A DNA stretch of 64,000 nucleotides, from positions 4,457 through 68,456 of the forward strand of contig MFUM01000004.1 of assembly GCA_001786955.1 (NCBI GenBank). Direction: 5' to 3'. The number at the start of each line of letters is the position of its first letter. Position 1 is the stretch's first letter. Source of the DNA: Candidatus Nomurabacteria bacterium RIFCSPHIGHO2_12_FULL_42_19 (GTDB taxonomy: Bacteria; Patescibacteriota; Minisyncoccia; Phycocordibacterales; UBA9973). Below are positions 1 through 8,398 of the stretch, piece after piece. The translations under genes were made by a program, and so were the position numbers. The notes beneath the pieces are model-generated. The model did not search any database. It was not told where the DNA came from and saw only the letters and a program-made list of their open reading frames with translations.

Positions 1-431
1 AGCTGGCCGCGAAAATCGGAAATATACGGCAGGCGGTCCCGGTCAAGCACATTAACAAATATTATGACTTTGCCCGGCCCGAAAATGTCGGACGGCAGGA
101 AACGGATACTGCCCCAGTCAATAAGCAGGCGCAGGTCGGATTCATGCTGCTGGCTGAAACCGCGGATAGAGGAGCCGTCAAAGGTCAGATTATTCGCCGA
201 GCCAAGCAGAAATTTTTTATCATAATCAAGCATATGAAAGCGGCCTTCCAGGTCCGTAAAGCAAAGCGTCACCGCCTTGATTCGTTTTTCTTTTTGCAGG
301 TATGCGCGATATTCTTTTTCAAGTTCCGCCGAGCTGGCCTTCTCCGCTCTATCTTGAGCGCGCAGGTTCATGGCCTCAAGCTCCCCGTAAGGAATTTCCA
401 AAAAGTTTTTCAATGCTTTATTATTTTCCAT
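1..431 (-). CDS. glnA: Glutamine synthetase, N-terminal fragment (5' partial; continues past the window edge), probably type III
   Basis: Hand translation of the minus strand from the ATG at 431 gives MENNKALKNFLEIPYGELEAMNLRAQDRAEKASS...TFDGSSIRGFSQQHESDLRLLI. FDGSS-x8-ESD is the glutamine synthetase N-terminal (beta-grasp) signature. It is absent from the ORF track because there is no stop codon inside the window. Confidence 0.7.
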   Translation of the reverse strand, partial: MENNKALKNFLEIPYGELEAMNLRAQDRAEKASSAELEKEYRAYLQKEKRIKAVTLCFTDLEGRFHMLDYDKKFLLGSANNLTFDGSSIRGFSQQHESDLRLLIDWGSIRFLPSDIFGPGKVIIFVNVLDRDRLPYISDFRGQ

Positions 432-478
432 TGATTTTGCAAAATCACGTCGCGCAAACTCAATTAAAGCGCGACGCT
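432..478 (-). promoter_or_regulatory. Conserved 5' structured motif (copy 1). In sense orientation: GCGTCGCGC stem - loop - TTGCGCGACG, then the palindrome TGATTTTGCAAAATCA, then ATG of the GS gene
   Basis: The same architecture recurs at 4339-4420, 12259-12307 and 63274-63330. The palindrome is perfect at 16 bp. Confidence 0.5.
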
Positions 479-590
479 CTTTTATATTAATTTAATAAAT
501 ATTTAATATAATTAAATACTAAATTAAACTAATTATATACTATTTTTATATAATAGCTGTGGATAACCCCTCACATACGTGCACGTGAGG

Positions 591-617
591 GGAAAATAAA
601 CAAAACCCCGCCTTACG
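591..617. terminator. GC hairpin with flanking T/A runs (aaaaccccgcc-ttac-ggcggggtttt); possible bidirectional intrinsic terminator
   Basis: Perfect 9-bp stem with a 4-nt loop and U-runs on both strands. Confidence 0.45.
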
Positions 618-705
618 GCGGGGTTTTGCGGCACATATACTGTCTATATAAAAATGTGAGAACACCTCACACTCACAAAAAGAGTATAGCATACTTGTCA
701 GAAAA

Positions 706-734
706 TTGCAAGTAAAAAGCAAATAGTGTAGAAT
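706..734 (+). promoter_or_regulatory. Sigma-70 type promoter for RNase P RNA (TTGCAA-17 nt-TAGAAT, about 7 nt before the RNA 5' end)
   Basis: The -35 TTGCAA (706-711) and -10 TAGAAT (729-734) are near-consensus and correctly spaced upstream of the P1 helix start at about 741. Confidence 0.6.
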
Positions 735-740
735 ATCGGG

Positions 741-1139
741 GCAGGCATCGGGTAGCTACCCAGCTCCACTTTCAATACTGAAAGTAAAATTAGGTAAAAA
801 ATAGGTTGCTTATTTTACACAAAGTGATGAAATTGATTGAGTGTTGAAAGTGGGGCTGGGAGGAAAGTCCGAACACAGACCAGTTTAGTCTAGGAAAGTA
901 GAGGGTAACGCCCTCCCATAGCGATATGGAGTTGCGAACAGAAACGACCCGGTTAAGTCCGGCTGAAACGGCTAAATACTTACTCCTGTGCAAGATCGTG
1001 TCCAGCCCCACTTTTCAAAAAGTGGAGCTGGGAGAATCGCTTGAGCCTATCAGTAATGACGGGCCTAGATAAATTGCTATCCCTCTCGTATGCTTAATCG
1101 CATGTAAGGGGCACAGAATTCGGCTTATAGATGCCTGCA
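741..1139 (+). ncRNA. rnpB: RNase P RNA (bacterial type)
   Basis: GGGAGGAAAGTCCGAACAC (P4 5' strand consensus GGAAAGUCCG) and ACAGAATTCGGCTTATAG (consensus ACAGAAcCCGGCUUA) are present. The 5' gcaggcatc pairs with the 3' gatgcctgc as P1. About 400 nt, non-coding, and followed by a terminator. Confidence 0.75.
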
Positions 1140-1153
1140 AAAAAACGAGAGTC

Positions 1154-1180
1154 CCCCGCCCAAAGCGGGGGATTTTCTAT
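1154..1180. terminator. Bidirectional intrinsic terminator (cccccgc-ccaaa-gcggggg with a flanking T run) between rnpB and the convergent DUF192 gene
   Basis: Stable 7-bp GC stem. T runs follow it on both strands. Confidence 0.6.
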
Positions 1181-1647
1181 TAATATACAAATAAAACCCT
1201 GTCCCCTTCCTTTAAATTATTTTTATCTGAAAATCCGGCATTAATCTCCAAAATATATTTCGCATTAATATCCGGTCCAAAAGTTTCCGGATAGGACTCT
1301 GGCCACGCGTCTTTTTTTATATATATCACTTTCATATCTTCAGTAATCCAAACGATGTCTATTGGAAAATTCATTCCCTTCATCCAAAAATAATATTTGC
1401 CGGGATGTTCAAAAACAAACAGCATACCCTCGTTTGTTTTTAATTCATTCCGTCCTCCGAGACCTTTTTGCCGTTCGGCGTCAGTCAAAGCCAAATCAAC
1501 TTTAATATTGGCCCCCGTCAATCTCACATACTTTATATTTTCCGGACTAAGGTTCTTGACAGGCTGATTGATTAGAAAAAATCCTATTACAAAAAAAACA
1601 ATAACCAAGGCGAAGCTAGAGAAAGAAGAAATATTTTTTTTATTCAT
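1180..1647 (-). CDS. DUF192 (COG1430) domain protein with N-terminal membrane anchor
   Basis: The pattern ...RQKGLGGR...GMLFVF...PID.. with an N-terminal TM helix resembles the DUF192 family. Confidence 0.5.
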   Translation of the reverse strand: MNKKNISSFSSFALVIVFFVIGFFLINQPVKNLSPENIKYVRLTGANIKVDLALTDAERQKGLGGRNELKTNEGMLFVFEHPGKYYFWMKGMNFPIDIVWITEDMKVIYIKKDAWPESYPETFGPDINAKYILEINAGFSDKNNLKEGDRVLFVY

Positions 1648-1656
1648 AATTCAGGG

Positions 1657-3060
1657 CTATTTAGGATCTCCGTTCCAGCCGAAAAGTTTCCCAATAGAAT
1701 CCGCGCTCTCGCGTTTGCGGGCGATTTTAATCATCCCGTCCCGGGCAATAATTTTTAGCGGTGTCGCCAGAAGACAATGATGCGAAGCCAGGCCGTCTTG
1801 ATACGCACCGGTATCCAAGACCGCCACAAACTGGTCCTGGTTGTCATGAAGCTTCGGCAAAAGAATATAATTTCCCCCAGCTGTGTATTTATCATCTGAA
1901 TCGCAAGTGCTCCCCGCTAGCCAGGTTGTTTTCAGGGCGCCATGCATATTGTTTGCCGGAATGACGTGGAACTTTTGGTGTATAGCCCAAGTATCCTTAA
2001 TGTCGTTCATAAAAGATCCGTCAATAATATACCAGGCTTTGGCATTCGCTTTCGGTATAAATTTTTTGGAAAGCACTTTGTAAATCGTCATTTCTGCCGG
2101 AGCCACGATGTATTGCCCCCACTCTACTATAAGATTTGGATGCCTGATTCCCGCTTTGTCTGATAAATTTTTAAGTATTTTGATAATCTTACTGGAAACT
2201 CCTTTAGCGGTATAAAATTTTTTCTTTTCATAAGGAATGCCAAATCCGCCGCCAATGTCCAGCGTATCAAGCGAAGGATGGATTTTTTGCAATTGTATAT
2301 ACATACTAAAAGCATGCTTTATGCCGTTTAAAATACTTTTTTGTGTTTTAATCTGCGACCCCAGATGGTAATGCATCACTTTAAGGTTTTTCATTTTGTT
2401 TAATTCAAGAGCATCTTTTTCTGAAAGTCCGAAACGGTCAAATTTTTTATCCCAATGCGAATCGGTTTTAATATTCAAATCTATCCGAGCTCCGATGTCG
2501 CCTTTATATTTTGAAAGCCTTTCAATTTCATCCAGACTTTCTATAATCGGCACAATATTCATACCTTTAGCGCGAAGTTCTTCTATTAAATCCAAATACT
2601 GGTCGGTTTTCGGGCCGTTGCAAAGTACGCGGATTTTGCTGTTGAATTTCTCTCCTTCCCAAAGTTTCTTTACAATCCAAAGCTCGTTGGCGGATGTCGC
2701 TTCCAGATTGGCGCCCTCGGAAAGGAGTGAAAGGATAAATTCCTTATTTTGATTCACTTTCATTGGATAGTGATAGAAAAATTTCCCCCGATAGCCGTAT
2801 ATTTTCATATAGGCTTGAAAATAGCCAATCAAGTCTTTTAATCTGTCTTCAATGATAAAAGGGAAAATTACCTGCAGTGGCGTGCCATATTTATACGCCA
2901 GGTCGCTTAAATTATAAATGTGATGGCCTTCAGTGGCTGTCAGTTCGCCGTCCTTATTGACACCGAAAAACTGGGTGTTGAATTCATCCGCTCCGAGCTT
3001 CCAAAATTTCTTCCAATTTTTCTGCGGTCTTTTGGGCTTTTTGGGTTTTTTCTTCGGCAT
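1657..3060 (-). CDS. PLP-dependent decarboxylase of the Orn/DAP/Arg decarboxylase fold, arginine decarboxylase (SpeA)-like
   Basis: YPMKVNQ (SpeA YPVKVNQ), EATSANEL and DIGGGFG motifs are present. The N-terminus is Lys-rich. 467 aa. Confidence 0.6.
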   Translation of the reverse strand: MPKKKPKKPKRPQKNWKKFWKLGADEFNTQFFGVNKDGELTATEGHHIYNLSDLAYKYGTPLQVIFPFIIEDRLKDLIGYFQAYMKIYGYRGKFFYHYPMKVNQNKEFILSLLSEGANLEATSANELWIVKKLWEGEKFNSKIRVLCNGPKTDQYLDLIEELRAKGMNIVPIIESLDEIERLSKYKGDIGARIDLNIKTDSHWDKKFDRFGLSEKDALELNKMKNLKVMHYHLGSQIKTQKSILNGIKHAFSMYIQLQKIHPSLDTLDIGGGFGIPYEKKKFYTAKGVSSKIIKILKNLSDKAGIRHPNLIVEWGQYIVAPAEMTIYKVLSKKFIPKANAKAWYIIDGSFMNDIKDTWAIHQKFHVIPANNMHGALKTTWLAGSTCDSDDKYTAGGNYILLPKLHDNQDQFVAVLDTGAYQDGLASHHCLLATPLKIIARDGMIKIARKRESADSIGKLFGWNGDPK

Positions 3061-3094
3061 CTAAGTAAAAATAATTATAGCAAGTGCTGATAAA

Positions 3095-3125
3095 ATGTAA
3101 ACCCCCACATCTATATATAAGTGTG
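3095..3125 (-). terminator. Hairpin (cccccacat...gtgtggggg) downstream of tgt; probable terminator
   Basis: 9-bp GC-rich stem followed by a T-rich tract on the minus strand. Confidence 0.4.
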
Positions 3126-3138
3126 GGGGTAAAGGATT

Positions 3139-4338
3139 TTAGGATTTTAAATACCCTTTTAAAAATTCCTTCTTGAATTCAAAGAAGTTGTCGTCCAGGA
3201 TTGACTGCCGGATTTTTTTAACTAAATTAATAATGAAATACAAATTATGTATTGAAGCAAGAGTTGCGGCCAGTATTTCTTTACCATGAAAGAGATGGGC
3301 GAGGTAAGCGCGGGAATAGTTCGCGCATAAATAGCATTTACAATTCTCTTCAACCGCATTAAAGTCATTTTTATATTTAGCATTCATTATATTTATTTTC
3401 CCATTTTTGGTATAGAGTGAGCCATTGCGGGCATTGCGCGTCGGCGCAACGCAATCAAACAAATCCACGCCGTTTTCTATGCCCATAAACAAATCCTCCG
3501 GCTCGCCGATGCCGAGCAGATGCCGAGGCTTTTCTTCCGGCAATATTTCATTTACCCATCGGACCGCTGTCTGCATATCTTCCTTGGCAAAAGAGCCGCC
3601 GATACCAAAACCGTCAAAATCTAAACTCTTTAGAAAGTTTGCCGATTTTTTTCGGAGCGTTTCGTCTCTTCCGCCTTGCACAATACCGAACAATGCAATG
3701 TTGTTTTTTTTATTTAATTTATCATGTTCTTCTAAACTTCTTTTTGCCCAATTATGAGTTCGTTCCAACGCCTCTGTCTGATATCTAAAATCTTCCGCCG
3801 GGCTGGTGCACTCGTCAAAAGCAAAAATTATATCTGCGCCCAGGTTGTGCTGGATTTGGATTGATTTTTCCGGAGTGATGTAATGGATGCTGCCGTCCAA
3901 GTGCGATTTAAAAGAAACCCCGTCCTGTCCGATTTTAGCCAAACGAGGAGCACCAGAGTCATCAAAGCGTTCCGGAATCAACAAGGACGAATCGGTAATT
4001 TTTGTGATTTTAGAAACCTGCTTACCATAAGCTGCGCCCAGGGAAAAAACCTGAAAGCCGCCGGAATCGGTAATTATAGGGCTATTCCAATTCATAAATT
4101 TATGCAGACCGCCCGCTTTGGCTACCAACTCATCACCAGGCTGTAAATATAAATGATAGGTATTGGCTAAAATTACTTCAGCTCCCAGATCCCTAGCCTG
4201 CTCGGGGGTCAGAGCTTTCACGCTGGCTTTCGTGCCGACCGGCACAAAAGCCGGAGTCTGAATAACTCCATGCGCTGTAGTGATGACTCCCACCCTTCCT
4301 AAACAATTTTCCAATTTTTTCTCTATTTTGAAATGCAT
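3139..4338 (-). CDS. tgt: Queuine tRNA-ribosyltransferase
   Basis: QTPAFVPVGT, DECTSP and the C-terminal zinc site CYLCANYSRAYLAHLF are present. 399 aa. Confidence 0.9.
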   Translation of the reverse strand: MHFKIEKKLENCLGRVGVITTAHGVIQTPAFVPVGTKASVKALTPEQARDLGAEVILANTYHLYLQPGDELVAKAGGLHKFMNWNSPIITDSGGFQVFSLGAAYGKQVSKITKITDSSLLIPERFDDSGAPRLAKIGQDGVSFKSHLDGSIHYITPEKSIQIQHNLGADIIFAFDECTSPAEDFRYQTEALERTHNWAKRSLEEHDKLNKKNNIALFGIVQGGRDETLRKKSANFLKSLDFDGFGIGGSFAKEDMQTAVRWVNEILPEEKPRHLLGIGEPEDLFMGIENGVDLFDCVAPTRNARNGSLYTKNGKINIMNAKYKNDFNAVEENCKCYLCANYSRAYLAHLFHGKEILAATLASIHNLYFIINLVKKIRQSILDDNFFEFKKEFLKGYLKS

Positions 4339-4420
4339 TGATTTTGCGAAATCACGTCACGCAAGTTAATTCTGATGAATTATGTCGTGTTCTCCTTTAA
4401 AACACGACCGGCGCGACGCT
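4339..4420 (-). promoter_or_regulatory. Conserved 5' structured motif (copy 2) abutting the tgt start codon
   Basis: In sense orientation: AGCGTCGCGCC - internal hairpin (gtcgtgtt...aacacgac) - TTGCGTGACG - TGATTTCGCAAAATCA - ATG. Same layout as 432-478. Confidence 0.5.
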
Positions 4421-4421
4421 T

Positions 4422-5264
4422 CTATATTTCCACTTCCACGAATTTTAACTCCTGAATATTGACCGGGCTGGAAAGCAACGCTTTGGCAAAAGGATTGCGT
4501 GGGTCAGAGATTATCTTTTCAACAACAGCCAAAAGCAGAGAATTAATGCCGGGCAAAACCACCTGATCTCCTTTTTGCAAGATAAAATCTTTAGGCATTG
4601 TCATTTCAAAATTTCCCCCGCCCCGCCCGACAACTTCCATAAAAACATCCCCGCCTGCGTGAGCAGACCGACCCGCAATTATAGCCTGCGTTCTTTCTCC
4701 TGCATTTGAAAACAAAATTACTTTGGAAGAATTGTCATAAGCAAGGCTCACGCGCCCAATCGGCACATTACCTAGGGCAAAAACTATATTCCCCGTTTTT
4801 ACTCCCCTGTTCGTGCCCGTATCAATGATAAGCGTATCATAAGGAGATTGATTCGGTTTGGACAAAATAGCGGATAAAATCATCTTAACCTTTTCGTTTT
4901 TCCCTGCCTTGCCGACAGGCAGACGTCCTAAAATTTCCTTGATTTTTAAATTCTCATCCAAAATAGAATTGTAATTCGCTGTTCTTGCTTCTTGTTCGTT
5001 CAGTCTCAATTTCAAATCTTCATTTTCCCAAAGAAGAGATTTTTTGGAATAAAAATAGGAACCGGCATCTGATAATTTTCCATTTATGTTATTTCCTAAA
5101 ATTAAAACCGGGCGGAAAAGCCATCCGCTCATATAGGACAGCCCGTTAAAAATTCCCGTTCTGAAATAAAATAAAACAATCAAAACAAAAGCGCTAAGCG
5201 CAATATTTAAAAATTTTTTTCTTTTATTTTTTTTATCTAGGAGGTAGCTCATCTTGGTTGCCAA
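4422..5264 (-). CDS. mreC: Rod shape-determining protein MreC
   Basis: N-terminal TM segment, a coiled-coil segment, then a beta-rich domain. It lies immediately downstream of mreB and overlaps it by 32 nt. Confidence 0.7.
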   Translation of the reverse strand: MATKMSYLLDKKNKRKKFLNIALSAFVLIVLFYFRTGIFNGLSYMSGWLFRPVLILGNNINGKLSDAGSYFYSKKSLLWENEDLKLRLNEQEARTANYNSILDENLKIKEILGRLPVGKAGKNEKVKMILSAILSKPNQSPYDTLIIDTGTNRGVKTGNIVFALGNVPIGRVSLAYDNSSKVILFSNAGERTQAIIAGRSAHAGGDVFMEVVGRGGGNFEMTMPKDFILQKGDQVVLPGINSLLLAVVEKIISDPRNPFAKALLSSPVNIQELKFVEVEI

Positions 5265-6279
5265 TCAGAATTTCTTTATAAAGAGGAAGATTGTCCAGAA
5301 TTACCCCCGTCCCGCGAGCCACGGCCGAGAGCGGATCTTCCACTACATAAACCGGAATTTTAAGAACTCTTTGTAAAAGCTGGTCAAGCCCCGGAAGCAA
5401 AGCCCCGCCGCCGGACAAAGTAATCCCCCGATGCATTATGTCGGATAAAATTTCCGGCGGTGTCGTTTCCAGCATGTCTTTCACGCCTTCTACCAGACTT
5501 TTGATTGAAGATGAAAGCGCTTCACGAATATCGGAATCCGTCACCACTACTTCGCGCGGCAATCCGGTAAGAAGGTCCCGTCCGTGGACTTCTGTTTCCA
5601 TGTATTCTCCCTGGACAACGGAACCGATGGCAATCTTGACCATCTCGGCTGTCCGCTCTCCAATCAGTATTTTAAATTCATCGCGCATATAAGTGATAAT
5701 GTCATTATTCAGCCGGTCGCCGGCTATTTTCAGATTTTTTGACTTGACGATTCCGCCCAAGGAAATTACCGCAACATCTGTCGTTCCGCCGCCGACGTCT
5801 ATAATCATGGAACCAACGGGGTCTTTGATTGGAAGCCGGATGCCGATGGCGGCCGCCATCGGTTCTTCTACCAGGAAAACTTCCCTGGCGCCGGCGGAGC
5901 GCGCCGCATCGTAGACTGCCCGCGTTTCAACGTTAGTCGTGCCGGATGGCACGCCGACCAGGACTCTCGGCCGCGCCAACTTTTTGGACATTTTGTCGGC
6001 TTTGTTTATCAGATAGGAGAGCATTTCTTCGGTTACTTCAAAATCGGAAATAACGCCATCCACCAGCGGACGGATAGCTTTGATGTGCCCGGGAGTGCGC
6101 CCGAGCATTTCTTTGGCCTGCACGCCAACTGCCAGGATTTGATTGGTTTTGATGTTGACTGCCACGACTGAAGGCTCGTTGATTACGATACCGTGGCCTT
6201 TCAAATACACCAAGGTATTGGAAGTGCCCAGATCTATGCCGATGTCGTTGGAGATTAATTTGTAGAATTTTTCAAACAT
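5233..6279 (-). CDS. mreB: Rod shape-determining actin-like protein MreB
   Basis: DLGTSNTLVY, actin-fold phosphate loops and DIGGGTTD are present. 348 aa. Confidence 0.92.
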   Translation of the reverse strand: MFEKFYKLISNDIGIDLGTSNTLVYLKGHGIVINEPSVVAVNIKTNQILAVGVQAKEMLGRTPGHIKAIRPLVDGVISDFEVTEEMLSYLINKADKMSKKLARPRVLVGVPSGTTNVETRAVYDAARSAGAREVFLVEEPMAAAIGIRLPIKDPVGSMIIDVGGGTTDVAVISLGGIVKSKNLKIAGDRLNNDIITYMRDEFKILIGERTAEMVKIAIGSVVQGEYMETEVHGRDLLTGLPREVVVTDSDIREALSSSIKSLVEGVKDMLETTPPEILSDIMHRGITLSGGGALLPGLDQLLQRVLKIPVYVVEDPLSAVARGTGVILDNLPLYKEILIGNQDELPPR

Positions 6280-6294
6280 AATTAAGAACGGTTC

Positions 6295-7563
6295 TTAAGA
6301 AGTTTCCCCAAGAACCGTTCTTGTTAATTCTTCTAAAGAAACAATTTTTCCTTTCTCTTCAGCACGTTTTTTTAATTCTATTCCTTTTTCTTTTATACTC
6401 CGTAGAGATACAACCGCGCGAAATGGTATTCCAAGTAAATCCGCATCAGAAAACTTTTCTCCAGCCGATATGTTCATTCGGTCATCGAACAGGACTTCAA
6501 TACCCGCTTTCGATAAGCTTTTATAAACTCTATCAGCTTCTGCCGAAGTTGTTTCATCGTCCCCAAGCGCAAGCAAATGCACCTGAAATGGCGCTATAGA
6601 TTCCGGCCAAATTATACCTTTATCGTCGGCCAGAACCTCTACCACCGTGCCCAAGAGACGCCCCAGCCCTATGCCATAACAACCCATTAAAACAGGGTGT
6701 TTTTCCCCTTTTTCGTCTGTAAAGGATAAATCAAACGGCGCTGAGTATTTTGTTTTTAAGTCAAAAATATTCCCAACCTCAATAGCTCTTTGCTCGACTA
6801 ATTTTTCCTTTTTCAGATTAAGCTGGTTTAAAATCTCATCACTTAAAACCTCCTTATTCACGGCAACACCGCTCGCTTCATCAACATAGATAACATCTTC
6901 GCCCACGGGAGTAATGGTTTGAAATTCATGCGAATATTTTGCAAAAGTCCCGCCTGAAGCGAAAGTCATATAAGTCAGGTGCCCAATACCGACTCTGGAA
7001 AAAATAGTTTTATAAGCATCTTGCATTTTGCTGTAAAAATTTTCAAAGTCCCCAGCCGAAGTGTGAAAAGAATACATGTCTTTCATGATAAATTCCCTAC
7101 CACGCAACATTCCGGACTTGGCGCGAAGTTCCATTCTAAACTTATTTTGAATTTGATAAATATAGAGCGGAAAATCTTTATGCGAGGAAATATAATTTTT
7201 TAAAATTGGAACAACTATTTCTTCATGGGTGGGTCCCAGGGCAACTTCCCGACCGGAAGAATCTCCGACTTTGTATAAATCATCCATTGCCTGCCACCGG
7301 CCGGTTTTTTCCCAATTTTCTTTCGGCTGCATTGTGGACATCAGGACTTCCTGCCCACCGACTTTATCCATCTCTTCCCTGATTATATTTTCAATTTTCC
7401 TTAAAACCCGAAGCCCCAGCGGCAGGTAGCTATAAACTCCGGCCATTTCTTTGTGAACAAAACCCCCGCGAATAAGCAATTCGGCGTTTCTGGAAACTTC
7501 ATCCGCCGGACTCTCTTTTCTGGTCCTGGTAAAAAGCTTAGATTGTCTCATGCTGTTAATCAT
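6295..7563 (-). CDS. proS: Proline--tRNA ligase (short form without editing insertion)
   Basis: The N-terminus MRQSKLFTRTRKESPADEVS..LLIRGGF..LPLGLRVLRKIEN is close to bacterial ProS. Class II motifs and a C-terminal anticodon-binding domain are present. 422 aa. Confidence 0.88.
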   Translation of the reverse strand: MINSMRQSKLFTRTRKESPADEVSRNAELLIRGGFVHKEMAGVYSYLPLGLRVLRKIENIIREEMDKVGGQEVLMSTMQPKENWEKTGRWQAMDDLYKVGDSSGREVALGPTHEEIVVPILKNYISSHKDFPLYIYQIQNKFRMELRAKSGMLRGREFIMKDMYSFHTSAGDFENFYSKMQDAYKTIFSRVGIGHLTYMTFASGGTFAKYSHEFQTITPVGEDVIYVDEASGVAVNKEVLSDEILNQLNLKKEKLVEQRAIEVGNIFDLKTKYSAPFDLSFTDEKGEKHPVLMGCYGIGLGRLLGTVVEVLADDKGIIWPESIAPFQVHLLALGDDETTSAEADRVYKSLSKAGIEVLFDDRMNISAGEKFSDADLLGIPFRAVVSLRSIKEKGIELKKRAEEKGKIVSLEELTRTVLGETS

Positions 7564-7590
7564 ACTTGCATCTTACCCGAAAAAAGTCTT

Positions 7591-7620
7591 TTGGTCAAAG
7601 CAAAAACTCTTCCATAAAAT
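7591..7620 (+). promoter_or_regulatory. Candidate promoter of rpsB-tsf (TTGGTC - 18 nt - TAAAAT)
   Basis: Hexamers at 7591-7596 and 7615-7620, about 45 nt upstream of the rpsB ATG. Confidence 0.35.
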
Positions 7621-7666
7621 AGAAGAAAAATTTGCAAAAAAGAGAGTTTTCTGCTATATTATTCGT

Positions 7667-8392
7667 ATGCAAAAAACAGATATTAGGAAAGATTCAGATA
7701 CAATAATAGAAAAAATGTTCAAAGCCGGAGCGCATTACGGCTACAGCAAGACCAGAAGACACCCTTCTGTTTCTTCGTATATATACGCCACAAAAAATAA
7801 CGGAGACATCATAAATCTTGAAAAAACAGGTGTGATGCTGGATGAAGCCGTGAAATTTGTAAAAAACCTGGGAGCTCAGGGTAAAGTTGTCCTTTTCGTC
7901 GGCACAAAACCTGAAGCCAAAGAAACAATCAAAAATGTTGCGGAATCCCTGAATATGCCCTACGTCATGGAAAGATGGATAGGGGGCACCCTCTCTAATT
8001 TCATAGAGATAAAAAAAAGGATTGCCGAACTGGAAAATTACCATAAAGACAGCCTTGAGGGCGGACTGGATAAGTACACAAAAAAAGAACGAGTGATAAT
8101 GGCTAAAAAAATAGAAAAACTCACAAGATATTATTCCGGACTGATTGGCTTAAAAAAAACTCCGGATGCTTTATTTATTATAGACGGAAAAGCGGAGCAT
8201 ATTGCCCTAACTGAGGCAAAAAAAGGAAATGTGCCTATCGTTGCTTTGGTAAACTCTGATTCAAATATTAAAGGTATTGATTATCCGATTATTGCCAATG
8301 ATTCCGGAATTCCATCCATCAAATTTTTTGCCGCCGCTATTGCCGATGCTTATAGAGAAGGTCAAAATTCCGCGCCGGTTAAAACATTTTAA
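7667..8392 (+). CDS. rpsB: 30S ribosomal protein S2
   Basis: MFKAGAHYGYSKTRRHP... is present. The ORF-track start at 7550 overlaps proS. The ATG at 7667 (MQKTDIRK...) is the plausible start. Confidence 0.9.
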   Translation: MQKTDIRKDSDTIIEKMFKAGAHYGYSKTRRHPSVSSYIYATKNNGDIINLEKTGVMLDEAVKFVKNLGAQGKVVLFVGTKPEAKETIKNVAESLNMPYVMERWIGGTLSNFIEIKKRIAELENYHKDSLEGGLDKYTKKERVIMAKKIEKLTRYYSGLIGLKKTPDALFIIDGKAEHIALTEAKKGNVPIVALVNSDSNIKGIDYPIIANDSGIPSIKFFAAAIADAYREGQNSAPVKTF

Positions 8393-8398
8393 ATCCAC

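Noticed and set aside
144-490. Plus-strand ORFs 144-434 and 302-490
   Set aside because: They are antisense to the glutamine synthetase reading frame, which carries the diagnostic FDGSS motif on the minus strand. They have no family features.
790-1011. Minus-strand ORF (73 aa) inside the RNase P RNA gene
   Set aside because: It lies entirely within a conserved structured RNA and is on the opposite strand. It is an ORF-finder artefact.
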